A DNA stretch of 52,316 nucleotides, filler included, from Squatina squatina (GCA_031763465.1; 2 parts of 2 records of this genome joined end to end with filler, not necessarily neighbours in it); one strand, 5' to 3'; positions 23,783 through 35,571 are shown, counted from the whole stretch's first letter. Translations and numbers: made by a program. The notes: generated by a model from the letters alone, not told the origin.

Positions 23783-26371
23783 TAACACTCATATATGCTT
23801 CCACTGTTGGATGTTGGTAATATAATGACGCTGGTTACATTTGTAAATGTTGTGGGCTCTCAAATTGCCAAAATATTTTGACTCATTTCCCAATCCACTT
23901 TATACAAAATAAAGGATTATTAAAGTCTTATTAATTGGATGCATTCTCTTACTTTCCTCCACTGTTCTCAAGTTTGTTCAGGTCCAATGAATGCTCATGG
24001 CTGGGCTCCTGAGTGTCTTGTATTTTTTGCCAGAGAAGGCGCTGTTAATTCAACTAAAATTTAAAGCATGCAAAGGATTTGAGTACATTGCCAAGTCTTT
24101 AGATTCCGTGCAATTGACCAAGTTCATTAGTTATCTCCAATTAAACTGTTTATTAGTTTAGAGTGCAATGGAATCTGTTCTCACAGTTGTAAAGTAACTG
24201 CAGGCCTTTGTTGCCCCAGTTGAGATTTGAGCAAAAGATATGTTTTACCCTTCATTTCCCCCATTGTTGAGAAATCTATTGTGAGCAGCTTGTTGCAGTT
24301 CGTGAAAAATAGATATATAATTAACACTAGATACTATAATTGGCTTCTTGAATCCTATGAGATATATTAGCCTAGAAATTGATGTTGATGTGCTACAGAA
24401 AGATTAACTGAGGGTTGCTTTGGTTTTTTGAGGATTGCAANNNNNNNNNNNNNNNNNNNNNNNNNNNNNNNNNNNNNNNNNNNNNNNNNNNNNNNNNNNN
24501 NNNNNNNNNNNNNNNNNNNNNNNNNNNNNNNNNNNNNNNNNNNNNNNNNNNNNNNNNNNNNNNNNNNNNNNNNNNNNNNNNNNNNNNNNNNNNNNNNNNN
24601 NNNNNNNNNNNNNNNNNNNNNNNNNNNNNNNNNNNNNNNNNNNNNNNNNNNNNNNNNNNNNNNNNNNNNNNNNNNNNNNNNNNNNNNNNNNNNNNNNNNN
24701 NNNNNNNNNNNNNNNNNNNNNNNNNNNNNNNNNNNNNNNNNNNNNNNNNNNNNNNNNNNNNNNNNNNNNNNNNNNNNNNNNNNNNNNNNNNNNNNNNNNN
24801 NNNNNNNNNNNNNNNNNNNNNNNNNNNNNNNNNNNNNNNNNNNNNNNNNNNNNNNNNNNNNNNNNNNNNNNNNNNNNNNNNNNNNNNNNNNNNNNNNNNN
24901 NNNNNNNNNNNNNNNNNNNNNNNNNNNNNNNNNNNNNNNNNNNNNNNNNNNNNNNNNNNNNNNNNNNNNNNNNNNNNNNNNNNNNNNNNNNNNNNNNNNN
25001 NNNNNNNNNNNNNNNNNNNNNNNAGGTTGATGGCTATAATGCATATCGTCAGCACTGAATCACTTAGGACCAACTTGCAGTCCGCAACAACTTTGCAGCA
25101 TTTGGGAAGTGAGGGTGAAGTTTACAGGCACTTTCTAAAATACTGAACGCTAATACATCAATATGGCACAAGTTACACTTGACGCAGAACAAAAACAATT
25201 CATTACTAAAACTTATGTCCTATCCACAGGACTTTATATCAAACACATAATAATAAGTATACAATTAACAAAAATCAAAATTTAATTCAATGGAAGGCAA
25301 GGCAATAGGAGAATACCAAAGCAGTTAAGTGTTAAAATATTCCAGATAGCTGTTAAACCAGAATGGTATTCAATAACACAGCCATAAATTGCGATTAGCA
25401 GTATAATTAAAAATGAGTGCAGCCTGACCGTTCTGTGAAGTTGAACTCTTCTAACACCATTGAAAAAGGGAGATTGTTTACTATTTGATAAAAGGCTGTT
25501 CTATAAAGATGTCCCAGAAAAAGAAAAGGATAGCCTGTAGTAAAAAGTTCTCAGAAGCAAACGATTTTACGAAGAAGTGCTCTTTGTTTTATAATTTAGC
25601 ACAGATAGGAATGGTACTGCATATTTTCTGAGTCACAGAGGTACCAACTTATGTAAACATTTCTACACTAAATCTGCCAATTGATATTCCACTTCAAAAC
25701 ACAGCGTTAATCAGTGCAAGCTGTCTAGTGCTGTGGAATGATGTTCAGAAGGAGAGTTGGACACAAATTCAGCAGAATGCTCATTCGGCATAGAGATTTG
25801 ACTAAGTATATTAATATTTATTTTTAAAACAGATGGTAGAACAGTTATCTAAAAGTGTAGAAAGAAAGGCTTGAAAATCTACTTTGCTGTTTTAATGACA
25901 ATATAATTTCTTATTGTTTTCATTAAGTAAGCCCTGGCAACAATTTTCTTCAATAGCTTAGAGATATGGACCCCAATAACTATCGCAAATGCAAAACAAA
26001 CTTTGCTCAAAGGCTTCCCTCCCCCAGTGACATAAATGTTGGAGAGCTAGGCCCTGGTCTTGTGGGAGGAAGAGGGTCAGAAAGAATCTGAACAGGGAGA
26101 TGCACTGCGTATCAAGCAAGGCATAATGCTCTCCTATGGATTAACTGGCTCCAGGATCTATGCATAAATAAAACTTGCCTGAAGTATGTCCTATTTTGTG
26201 CAGTGGCCAGTTTCTGGTTTTCATGCGAAAGAAATATGTGCCAGAGGTGGATTACTCTTCCCAGTAGCTCAACCAGATCATGTGCAGTCCAGGAGTCCTA
26301 CTCATGCTCCAATGCCTTAGCACCTTATAGAATGATTTTGCCTATACTGTTGCATACAGGGGTGAAGGGGA

Positions 26372-26500
26372 AGGTCTTTACAGAATTTACAAAAAGAAAC
26401 TAAATGTATTGGAGAAGGGATGAGCTAAAAGAAAAGATTAGACAAATGTGAGCTATAGTTTACAGTCAGAAAGAAGGTTAAGGGGGCCTTATCAAAGTAT
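26372..26500 (+). mobile_element. Old CR1 ORF2 fragment interrupted by a MITE
   Basis: aaaagattagacaaatgtgagcta..gaaagaaggttaagggggccttatcaaagtat corresponds to RLxxLxLFSLExRRLRGDLIxV. Confidence 0.5.
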
Positions 26501-26657
26501 CTAGGGCGGCGAATTTGTGGTCAAACTTCCAGCGTCAAATCGGCACGAAATTGGCGTTAGGCCACTTTTAGCGCTAAAACACGGGCGCAAAATATCGGGT
26601 GCCGTTTGCACCAGCGCTAAACGGGCGCAAAGTCCAAAACGCTCGAGGCGCTGGCGT
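26501..26657 (+). mobile_element. Young GC-rich PIF/Harbinger-type MITE end
   Basis: CTAGGGCGGCGAATTTG start with many intact CpGs; the 16-mer agcgctaaacgggcgc (26613-26628) recurs inverted at 29146-29161. Confidence 0.6.
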
Positions 26658-26757
26658 NNNNNNNNNNNNNNNNNNNNNNNNNNNNNNNNNNNNNNNNNNN
26701 NNNNNNNNNNNNNNNNNNNNNNNNNNNNNNNNNNNNNNNNNNNNNNNNNNNNNNNNN

Positions 26758-26878
26758 CGCGCTCAGTTTTTACACTTACCCCGCGGACGCTGCTCCGGTC
26801 GCTCCCGCCTCTCCAACCGCTTCCGGGCCTCTGTAAAAACAAAAGCCCCGCGCTCAGTTTTTACACTTACCCCGCTCC
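26758..26878 (-). repeat. 91-bp-period tandem monomer resembling a LINE (CR1-like) 5' UTR
   Basis: cgcgctcagtttttacacttaccccgc at 26758 and 26849; same architecture as the monomers at 48475-48645. Confidence 0.55.
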
Positions 26879-28134
26879 TGATCATTGAAGGTGCTATATA
26901 AATGCAAGTTGTTGTTGATCACTCCCTTCCTCTCGATCGACTCACTTGCTCCCAGGACCTAGCTGATTTACATCCGCTTCTCTAGCGAGCTGCTTGGGAA
27001 TGCACAGCAGGCATCTGCAGCTTACCAGTCTAACTTAGATGATGTGCGAGGCCCAATATTGAACGTGCCTTGGGCCTATCCGTTCTCTGCGTCTAGTTCA
27101 TGCCTGCAGACTGGTGCAATCCAGTTCCACCCCTCTCATATTTATGTCACAATTCTTTAAATGTTTTCTCGATTCAGTAATGAAAATGTTATCCAAAATT
27201 CTAGAATAAATCCATTTCATGCTGAATATTTGCCAATGGAGCTCAAGAAATTGTGTAATTATTTAAAGTGTGGATTAGCATCAAATGGGTGTCTATAAAT
27301 CTGCCTTCTTCAAACATGCTGTACTCTTGTAACGTCAAAGCAAAAAGAAGTGATAAGATAGAGAGGCAGTATTTCTTCCCTTGGCTTATACTGGCTTTTA
27401 AAATCATGAAAATGAATCCACAAAATATCACCATCAATAACATTCAGCTTGAAAACATTAATGTAGGTTAACAAACAGTTTTGCCATAATATATACAGAC
27501 AACTAATAACTCTGTACAATTGGCATCATTTCAGTTGATTAATGATAAAGCAATGCTGTTATCTTTATGACAAGGCAAAGACATGCTCAAGAGAATGCAG
27601 CATTGAAGTTCAATAACGTTTAATTAATGATATGCATAGGCAATGCAAGTCTATAAAGGAGGCACTGTCTGTAAAAAATACATGGATGGTATCTTGCCTT
27701 CTTCTGAGAGTGTATTTGGCAATAGTCCCTGCCTGGTTTGGTTTCTTGGCTAGAAATAGCTGTTATTGTTCAGACAGTCAGGTTACTACTCTGGGCCAGC
27801 TGACCAGATAAGACTGAAAGTTTTAACACGTTTAAAGCTGTAGAATACTAAAGAAACCATTTCCAGTAATCCATGCTGTAAATATTTGTAGTGAAATGTG
27901 ATGTCACTTTTAAAACAGTTAAATCCTGGTCACTGAAAGGAAACAGGCCTCTTTAGAAAAACTTAGAAACCTTCAAAAGCTTTAGATATCACATTGCTAC
28001 AAATTACTTTTGCATATAGATTAATTTATCTTCACTATTTTACTTCAAACGCATATGTGCTTTCTGTAAAAACAGATTTCTTCATCAGTTTCTGACCTTG
28101 ATACCAATAAATTGAAGACATGCCTACTTCAGGA

Positions 28135-28365
28135 CACGGTACTGGACTAACAGCCCAGGGGTAATAAGTTCAAATCCCACTCATGGAAAATGATGATAAT
28201 TGAATTTAATAAATCTGGTGATTTGTGAGCTGGCAGTATTCTGGAAGTATTAACCATGAAAAGCTGCCGGTGCTGTTGTTAAAAACTCAATTGATTCACA
28301 AACATCCTTAGGGGAAGGTGACCTGTCAGCCCTACCCGGTCTGGCCTACATGTGAGTCCATGAGA
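28135..28365 (+). mobile_element. Second SINE family copy (tRNA-like B box, distinct body)
   Basis: actggacta..agttcaaatcccac..ttgaatttaataaatctgg..gttaaaaactcaattgattcac..ccttaggggaagg..ccggtctggcctacatgtgagtcca. Confidence 0.6.
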
Positions 28366-28377
28366 GGGCTGCACAAT

Positions 28378-28835
28378 AAACATGGGAACAGGAGGAGGCC
28401 ATTAAGCCCCTTGAGCCTGTTCCGCCATTCAAAGAGATGGCTGATCTGCGATCTAACTCCATCTACCTGCCTTTGCCCAATATCCATTAATACCTTTGGT
28501 TAATAGAAATCTAACAGTCTCAGACTGAATTAGCATCAACTGCTGTTTGCAGAAGAGAGTTCCAAACTTCTACCACCCTTTGTGTGCACAAGTGTTTCCG
28601 AATTTCACTCCTGAAAAGTCTGGCTCTAATTTTTAAGACTATGCCCCCTAGGCCTCGAATCCCCAACCAGTGGAAATAGTTTCTCTCTATCTGCCCTATC
28701 AGTTCCCCTTACGATGTTGAAAACTTTGATCAAATCACCCCTTAACCTTCTAAATTTCAGTGTATACAACACTCATTTGAGTAATCTTGTAATTTAACCC
28801 CTGGAGTCTGGGTATCATTCTGGTAAATGCTGCCT
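28378..28835 (-). mobile_element. CR1 LINE 3' end (ORF2 C-terminus and 3'UTR)
   Basis: aggaggccattaagccccttgagcctgttcc 3'UTR motif; reverse strand encodes RRLRGDLIKVFNIVRG..SRPRGHSLK..ARLFRSEIRKHLCTQRVVEVWNSL. Confidence 0.9.
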
Positions 28836-28944
28836 TGCCAGTGGNNNNNNNNNNNNNNNNNNNNNNNNNNNNNNNNNNNNNNNNNNNNNNNNNNNNNNNN
28901 NNNNNNNNNNNNNNNNNNNNNNNNNNNNNNNNNNNNNNNNNNNN

Positions 28945-29200
28945 TTGAGGTTTGTAGCGCTAGCGAATTGTTTGTGGGGTGGCCTTTTTGGGCGTTGCAC
29001 CTCTTGATGATGTGATGGAGGCCATCCAACGCCCGACGCAAAGTTTCCAGCACTCCTGGCACAGCGCCTATTTGGCGCCGGTGCTGCTCCGAAGTGAAAT
29101 CCGCATCGGAGCCCCTTAGCGCCCGAAACGAGTGTTACACCCCTAGCGCCCGTTTAGCGCTCATTCTGCGCCTGCGCTAAATGACTAATTGGGCGCCCCA
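28945..29200 (-). mobile_element. GC-rich PIF/Harbinger-type MITE end
   Basis: Many gcgccc/tagcgc motifs ending taattgggcgcccc; same family as 22642 and 26501. Confidence 0.6.
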
Positions 29201-31264
29201 CATGTCTGGGGCCTTGACTACTATCACATGGAATTTCAAGGAGAGATACATATTTTCCTGAGCAAATACCCAAGGATAATACGTACAGTTGAGAGGAAGA
29301 TCAACAAATAACCTTTTAGTTATTTTGCAATATGGTATCTTCAGTACAAAAACATAGCTGAAATTGTACCAAGTTACATCTCTCAGGAAGTCTGTACTTT
29401 ATAATATAATCTCAATGAGTGTTCCAAAACAACACTTTTGGTAAACTAACCCCACGCTGCCAAAAGAACATCTTATCTACCCAATTTAGTTGGCTAAGTA
29501 TGCAGTTTGAATGCATTTATTAAATATGATTGTCATTGAATGTGAAAAGATCAATTGCGCAATGCTAGATAATTGCTTTGGCAGTTCATTCAATGTATCT
29601 CAGTTTTAAAGCTAGGAGTCTGTTATGACCTGTAAGGCAGAGAAAATGTACCGAGTCAATATTGGAATGTTAGGTATCAAACACCTGAGTAGTAGTCTTG
29701 CTTTATCTGTGATCTGCAAGCTGAGTAATTGGCCGGAATTTGGATCCTGTAGCTCATTTCTAATGAGCTAACACAAGGTTTGTGTGTTTGGGCCACTATT
29801 CCTCAAGTACTCTGTAAAGTTCACACTGAGGTGAGGATTGACTCTCAGATTTTGATACATCTGTGTACTTAAATTAGAAAAACAACCCCCTAATAAGAAA
29901 CTGCAAAAATGGATCAAAAATTTCCACAATCTTTTTTGATTGTAGCAGTTCATTCTTTGTTGGTCTTGTTCTCCATTTTTGAGTCTTTAATCATCGTTTG
30001 AGGTCAGCCTTATTCAACTGCCCCTCTCCCACTTCCATGCCCTCTGTACAATGCTTGTTCTTTTTAACGTGTATANNNNNNNNNNNNNNNNNNNNNNNNN
30101 NNNNNNNNNNNNNNNNNNNNNNNNNNNNNNNNNNNNNNNNNNNNNNNNNNNNNNNNNNNNNNNNNNNNNNNNNNNNNNNNNNNNNNNNNNNNNNNNNNNN
30201 NNNNNNNNNNNNNNNNNNNNNNNNNNNNNNNNNNNNNNNNNNNNNNNNNNNNNNNNNNNNNNNNNNNNNNNNNNNNNNNNNNNNNNNNNNNNNNNNNNNN
30301 NNNNNNNNNNNNNNNNNNNNNNNNNNNNNNNNNNNNNNNNNNNNNNNNNNNNNNNNNNNNNNNNNNNNNNNNNNNNNNNNNNNNNNNNNNNNNNNNNAAT
30401 GTGAAAGCTTTCTACTTGGCTTACTTCATGTTCCTCTAATATCCCTGTAAGGGGAATTTAAACCTTGTGATATTTCTCTCTCATCTCATTGTGTATCTTC
30501 TGTGACTATGTGTTATCTTGAAGTAAATGCAGAGCGGGTGTGTGAGGCAGTGTTTTCCTACAATGCACTATAGTATCAACAATTATTGAATTAAAACTAA
30601 CACATGATCTACTTACAGCAACTGAGACATCACAAAAAGCCTACTGCTTTGTGGCAATTCTTTAGTTTAATCTGTTACATGAATCTTAAATATGAAGTTT
30701 TTAAAACATTTAAACAATGTCAAGTAGGAATGTAGATTTTATTTGATTCAGGAAAAAAAGGCTTATTAATTTATTCATTGCTTCATCACTTGTATATTTT
30801 CAAGTTATCTTCAATCATGAAATGCAGCACACATGTCACAAAGAGACAGCAGGTTTTCTCCGTCTTTGGCCTCAAGAAATTGTGACACTTTCAGATTTGA
30901 TTATAGTGGAATGGTTTTTGTGCTAGGTCTTTCGATGAAAGACAACAATGAAACAACAGAGTACTTGTAACTTGAGAGCCAGTTATGATAAAAACACAGG
31001 CCTGCTTAAAATCATCCACGAGATGCCCAGAGAGATTGGATTTTTCATTGTTTTCTGTTCTGGCACATGGAATAACAGAGAGGGATGCAATACGCATACC
31101 AAATATTGCAGAAAAATATAGACAAATCTTCCTCCTCTTGTGTAGAAGCCCCAATACTTCCCCGTTTCCAAAAAGAATAACCAAATAAAAATAAAGCTGG
31201 AATGACAGTTAAAATTAACTGCACGAGGTCACACAGTCAGGCTAGAGATTGGCTCCCAGCTGAG

Positions 31265-31364
31265 NNNNNNNNNNNNNNNNNNNNNNNNNNNNNNNNNNNN
31301 NNNNNNNNTTAATTAATTAANNNNNNNNNNNNNNNNNNNNNNNNNNNNNNNNNNNNNNNNNNNN
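31265..31364. other. Artificial scaffold-joining linker (N44-TTAATTAATTAA-N44)
   Basis: A palindromic 12-mer giving stops in all six frames, centred exactly in a 100-nt gap; not biological. Confidence 0.95.
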
Positions 31365-31951
31365 ATGGTTTTTGAGACTCTGCTCCACGTAGGACCTTCC
31401 CAGTTATTTCTGATGCTGGGAGGGAAGGAGCTGGTGTGGAAGGGCAAGGATGTGGCAGCAGTCCATTGGGAGGAGGTGGGGGTGGAAGCCATGATGCAAG
31501 GACAAGAATAAATGTGGCATGATGGGTCTAAAAACACTGGCCTAATTTAATGTGTCTTTTGTCAGATTAAAATTTCCCTTCATTTGTATATTTAAGTACT
31601 TGCTGCTGTGTATTTCTTAAAGGATTAAAACTGTAATTAACCACTGCTCCAAATTTGTTTAGTTTTGGGCAAGTGTATTTTGATCAAAAATTCTTCCAGC
31701 CTTGAACTGTATATTGTGACTGCTACTAACCATTATTGGTCTTGTGTATTTCTGTTCATTTTGTTGGAAGTTTGACCTGTTTTCATGCTCAAATCATGAT
31801 ACTTCGCTCATGATTGACTACATATTTCAGATCTTTTGTCAATAAAAATAGTTTTTTAGTTATATGGTTAGTGTTCATGTCATCAGTCTTCACTAGCTGA
31901 CACTAATATCTTTTTTTCTATCTTTGTTTTCTTATGTTCCTAACTACCCAG

Positions 31952-31968
31952 CTGCCACAGGCAACTAA
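31952..31968 (+). CDS. QKI: Terminal coding exon of Quaking KH-domain RNA-binding protein, isoform QKI-5 (encodes AATGN*)
   Basis: Polypyrimidine tract and acceptor ..ttcctaactacccag, then (G)CT GCC ACA GGC AAC TAA, the end of QKI-5 ..RIVTADRAATGN*. The following sequence (CCCATGACCTTTGACCTCTGAACTCTTCACCCAATGATGACCTGACCATGCCTGCCTGCTGATCAGTTAACTGG) matches my recollection of the mammalian QKI-5 3'UTR start. Upstream exons are not in the window. Confidence 0.88.
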
Positions 31969-34900
31969 CCCATGACCTTTGACCTCTGAACTCTTCACCC
32001 AATGATGACCTGACCATGCCTGCCTGCTGATCAGTTAACTGGTTATCGCCTATGCTTGCTGTCTTCAATGCAGCGAGCTGAGGCACTGTCTGTACGTCTC
32101 GTTACCTAACAACGTTTAAAGTTCCAGCCACAGCTTTTCTGGTTGGGTGAATGTGTGGTACAGAACCTGCACTGAATAATACTAAAGCAATAAGTCCAGT
32201 TCATCCCTCACCACTGTTTCTCAGTGATCATCTCTTAAAGATTCTCCCTACAGAATGGTAAGAAAGGTCTCTAACAGCACTGGCAGGGGATTAAGCGCTG
32301 TACAGGCAGTTGCCACGGACAAATGTGATGGAGATCTGATGTAATTTATGTTGTAGTTACAACGTCTTTGAACNNNNNNNNNNNNNNNNNNNNNNNNNNN
32401 NNNNNNNNNNNNNNNNNNNNNNNNNNNNNNNNNNNNNNNNNNNNNNNNNNNNNNNNNNNNNNNNNNNNNNNNNACATACTATATAAACTAACCGTAAAGT
32501 AACCAACATAAAATATCCATGAAATGAAGCGTTATCTTTCCGCGGTAATACAAGAAAAATGGAGCGCAAAGTATCTTATAGTATTATATACATAATTGTC
32601 ACCAAACATACACGTTTCAGGAATATTCTTGCTCTTACATCACTTGTAACATTCATTAGTACATAAGCTTCAACCAGATTATTCTTATTAACACACAGAT
32701 TTTGTTTCAACCCATTTTTGTCACAAATTGAAAGGGTGGCTGCCTGATCTGTAATATAGAGGCAACAAATAAATGAAACAATACTTATGGTGTTATTTCA
32801 TTTCTAATCACCATGTTTGTATTCTAGTATTTGGTTGGAGGTGCCTCTGCAAATTACAGCTGTTAAACTAATGAATGGAATTCTGATCCTTTAAACTATT
32901 ATTGAATATGATTATGTAAATATGTCCTTCAAAAAAAAGAGTTAAAAATAACATGCTGTAGTTTCACATAACTGTAAGGGCCAGCCCCAACAATAACAAA
33001 AGGAAGTGAAGATCCTGTAACTGGAGCCAGCCAATTACAAAAGAAAGATTTGCATTTATATAGCGCCTTTCACAACCTCCGGATGTCCAAAAACACTTTA
33101 CAGCCAATTAAATACATTTTGAAGTGTAGTCACTGTGATCTTCTATTTGGTCATAAATGTTAGAAGCAAGTGAAAGGCATAATGTACAGTTGAATACATT
33201 CACAATTATACAGTGGTCTGGATAGCTGCAGCAATATAAATGGGTAACATCCCAGAAGTGCAGTTATAGAATTATATTCCGCTATTTATCTCGTGGCAAG
33301 TTTTCATCTAGAGCAGATTACTTTCTATTAAGTTAAAATAACATAACATAAATGCATTGTATTTAATTTTTTCTAAACCTGAACACAGGAGTTAAAAGAA
33401 TGTTTTCAGCAAGCTATAAATCCATGTCATAGAAAATCCTAGAATTCAGATTCTACTTTTCTGAGGGAGAGATTAGATCACTGAACAAGGTCATTTTGAT
33501 CTCAACATTGTTCTGGTGCTCTAGTTACTTGGGGTAGTGGATGAAGAAATATATATTTTTGACAATTTAGCTTTTTATACTTACTTGCAGTAACAAAATA
33601 CAAAAAAATAAAAAAATCTAATGGAAGTGATACTGGATGGTTGTGGTAAAAAAAAAACTGAAGACCAAAACAGTGTATCTAGGGTTTTGCAGGGTTGTGG
33701 GTGAGAAAAGAGAAGAGCATAAAGAAAGCAAAATAGTGCCTTATATATGCCTGGTCATTTTGTAAGTGTCTAACATATATTGTTTGACTTAAGTCTGATG
33801 CATGCCAGTCCATCATTAGAGAGGAGGGAAGNNNNNNNNNNNNNNNNNNNNNNNNNNNNNNNNNNNNNNNNNNNNNNNNNNNNNNNNNNNNNNNNNNNNN
33901 NNNNNNNNNNNNNNNNNNNNNNNNNNNNNNNNNNNNNNNNNNNNNNNNNNNNNNNNNNNNNNNNNNNNNNNNNNNNNNNNNNNNNNNNNNNNNNNNNNNN
34001 NNNNNNNNNNNNNNNNNNNNNNNNNNNNNNNNNNNNNNNNNNNNNNNNNNNNNNNNNNNNNNNNNNNNNNNNNNNNNNNNNNNNNNNNNNNNNNNNNNNN
34101 NNNNNNNNNNNNNNNNNNNNNNNNNNNNNNNNNNNNNNNNNNNNNNNNNNNNNNNNNNNNNNNNNNNNNNNNNNNNNNNNNNNNNNNNNNNNNNNNNNNN
34201 NNNNNNNNNNNNNNNNNNNNNNNNNNNNNNNNNNNNNNNNNNNNNNNNNNNNNNNNNNNNNNNNNNNNNNNNNNNNNNNNNNNNNNNNNNNNNNNNNNNN
34301 NNNNNNNNNNNNNNNNNNNNNNNNNNNNNNNNNNNNNNNNNNNNNNNNNNNNNNNNNNNNNNNNNNNNNNNNNNNNNNNNNNNNNNNNNNNNNNNNNNNN
34401 NNNNNNNNNNNNNNNNNNNNNNNNNNNNNNNNNNNNNNNNNNNNNNGTGCAAGAAATAGATCCATGTTGTGTCTGTACCATAACCAACTTATTGCCTAAA
34501 AACATGTAAGATAATGTATTTACAGCCATTGTTACAAGTTTATAATGTATTTTTCTATAATCTTGTTTTTTGTATGTTATATATAACATTCAAGAATTTT
34601 TTTCTGATATTAAAAAAAATATAGAACCCAACATTTTGATAGCCAATCAATACCAATGGTTTTTGCAGTAGTTTATTAAAGTGTTGTCTCTCTTTGACTT
34701 TATGTTAGCAACTTGGTGACTTCATTAGACAAGTTGGTTTCCTGCTTTCTTTTTTTAACATGCTTGCATTTTATTTCATTGATTCTTTGCTGTTTCTATT
34801 AACCCTGGCATTTATTTTAATAAACGTTACAGTACAAATCTACTAACTGCTGAATAGTTTGTTTTAACACTTGATGAGCAGTCTGGTTCACTGGACTAAC

Positions 34901-35471
34901 CTTTTTGAAGAATATGAATTGCTCTCCAGTACACATACACGCACACAAAATAACACTCGCTGAAAATTGCTCCAAGTTATGTGCTACACCGTCTTGTTGA
35001 CTTACTTGCACTGCACAATAAAACCAGCAACAGCATTCAGTATGGATGTAGAGCCTGCAGGGTGATGTGTACATCATCCCTTCAGGGTCGGGAACAACGT
35101 AACATTTCTTTTGAGATACCTGTCCAGTCTTGTCTATTGCCTACCAGCTAAAGCACCTTCTCTGTGTACTAATGTTGGACCTGGCCTCCGTGCTTTCTTT
35201 CTTCTTTTTAACTAATGCAGAAGGTATTTGTAGAGGCACACAAGCAATGATTTTTTTTGTGGGGGGTGGGGAGAGGGGAGAGGGAACGGTGGAATAAGGA
35301 TTTGAAAACTTTTATGCTGTTTGTCTTTTTTGTCGGGGTGGGGGCGCAAGAGAAGAGTTGGAGATAGTCAGGTAGTAAACCAGTCCTTGGACAACTGTGT
35401 GTGAAGTGTAATATGCTGTAAAATGGCCTGCTACCGAGTGTTTTATATTATGTAAATTGGCTGTGTGAATT
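31969..35471 (+). other. QKI: QKI-5 3'UTR (3' boundary uncertain; spans two gaps)
   Basis: Follows the stop codon; AT/U-rich and nearly TE-free; multiple ACTAAY motifs; AATAAA at 32768, 34819 and 35017 among others. Confidence 0.6.
33042..33138 (-). mobile_element. SINE 3' tail inside the putative QKI 3'UTR
   Basis: ttgcatttatatagcgcctttcacaacctccggatgtccaaaaacactttacagccaattaaatacattttgaagtgtagtcactgt is the reverse complement of the SINE tail. Confidence 0.85.
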
Positions 35472-35571
35472 NNNNNNNNNNNNNNNNNNNNNNNNNNNNN
35501 NNNNNNNNNNNNNNNNNNNNNNNNNNNNNNNNNNNNNNNNNNNNNNNNNNNNNNNNNNNNNNNNNNNNNNN

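Noticed and set aside
24367-25146. Long ORFs of 200-257 aa here and at 29998-30450 and 33679-34589
   Set aside because: They consist almost entirely of X from N gaps and are ORF-caller artefacts.
26501-26880. CpG-island promoter (also 28945-29200, 35680-35886 and 41760-42060)
   Set aside because: CpG richness is confined to young MITE or LINE-monomer sequence ending at terminal motifs or gaps; no first exon is evident.
1-31264. Upstream QKI exons (KH/QUA domains, GAVATKVRRHDMRVHPYQR)
   Set aside because: Searched by eye and not found; the block is separated from QKI by the artificial linker.
31309-31320. TTAATTAATTAA as a biological palindrome or homeodomain site
   Set aside because: It is centred exactly in a 100-nt N gap and gives stops in six frames, so it is a synthetic linker.
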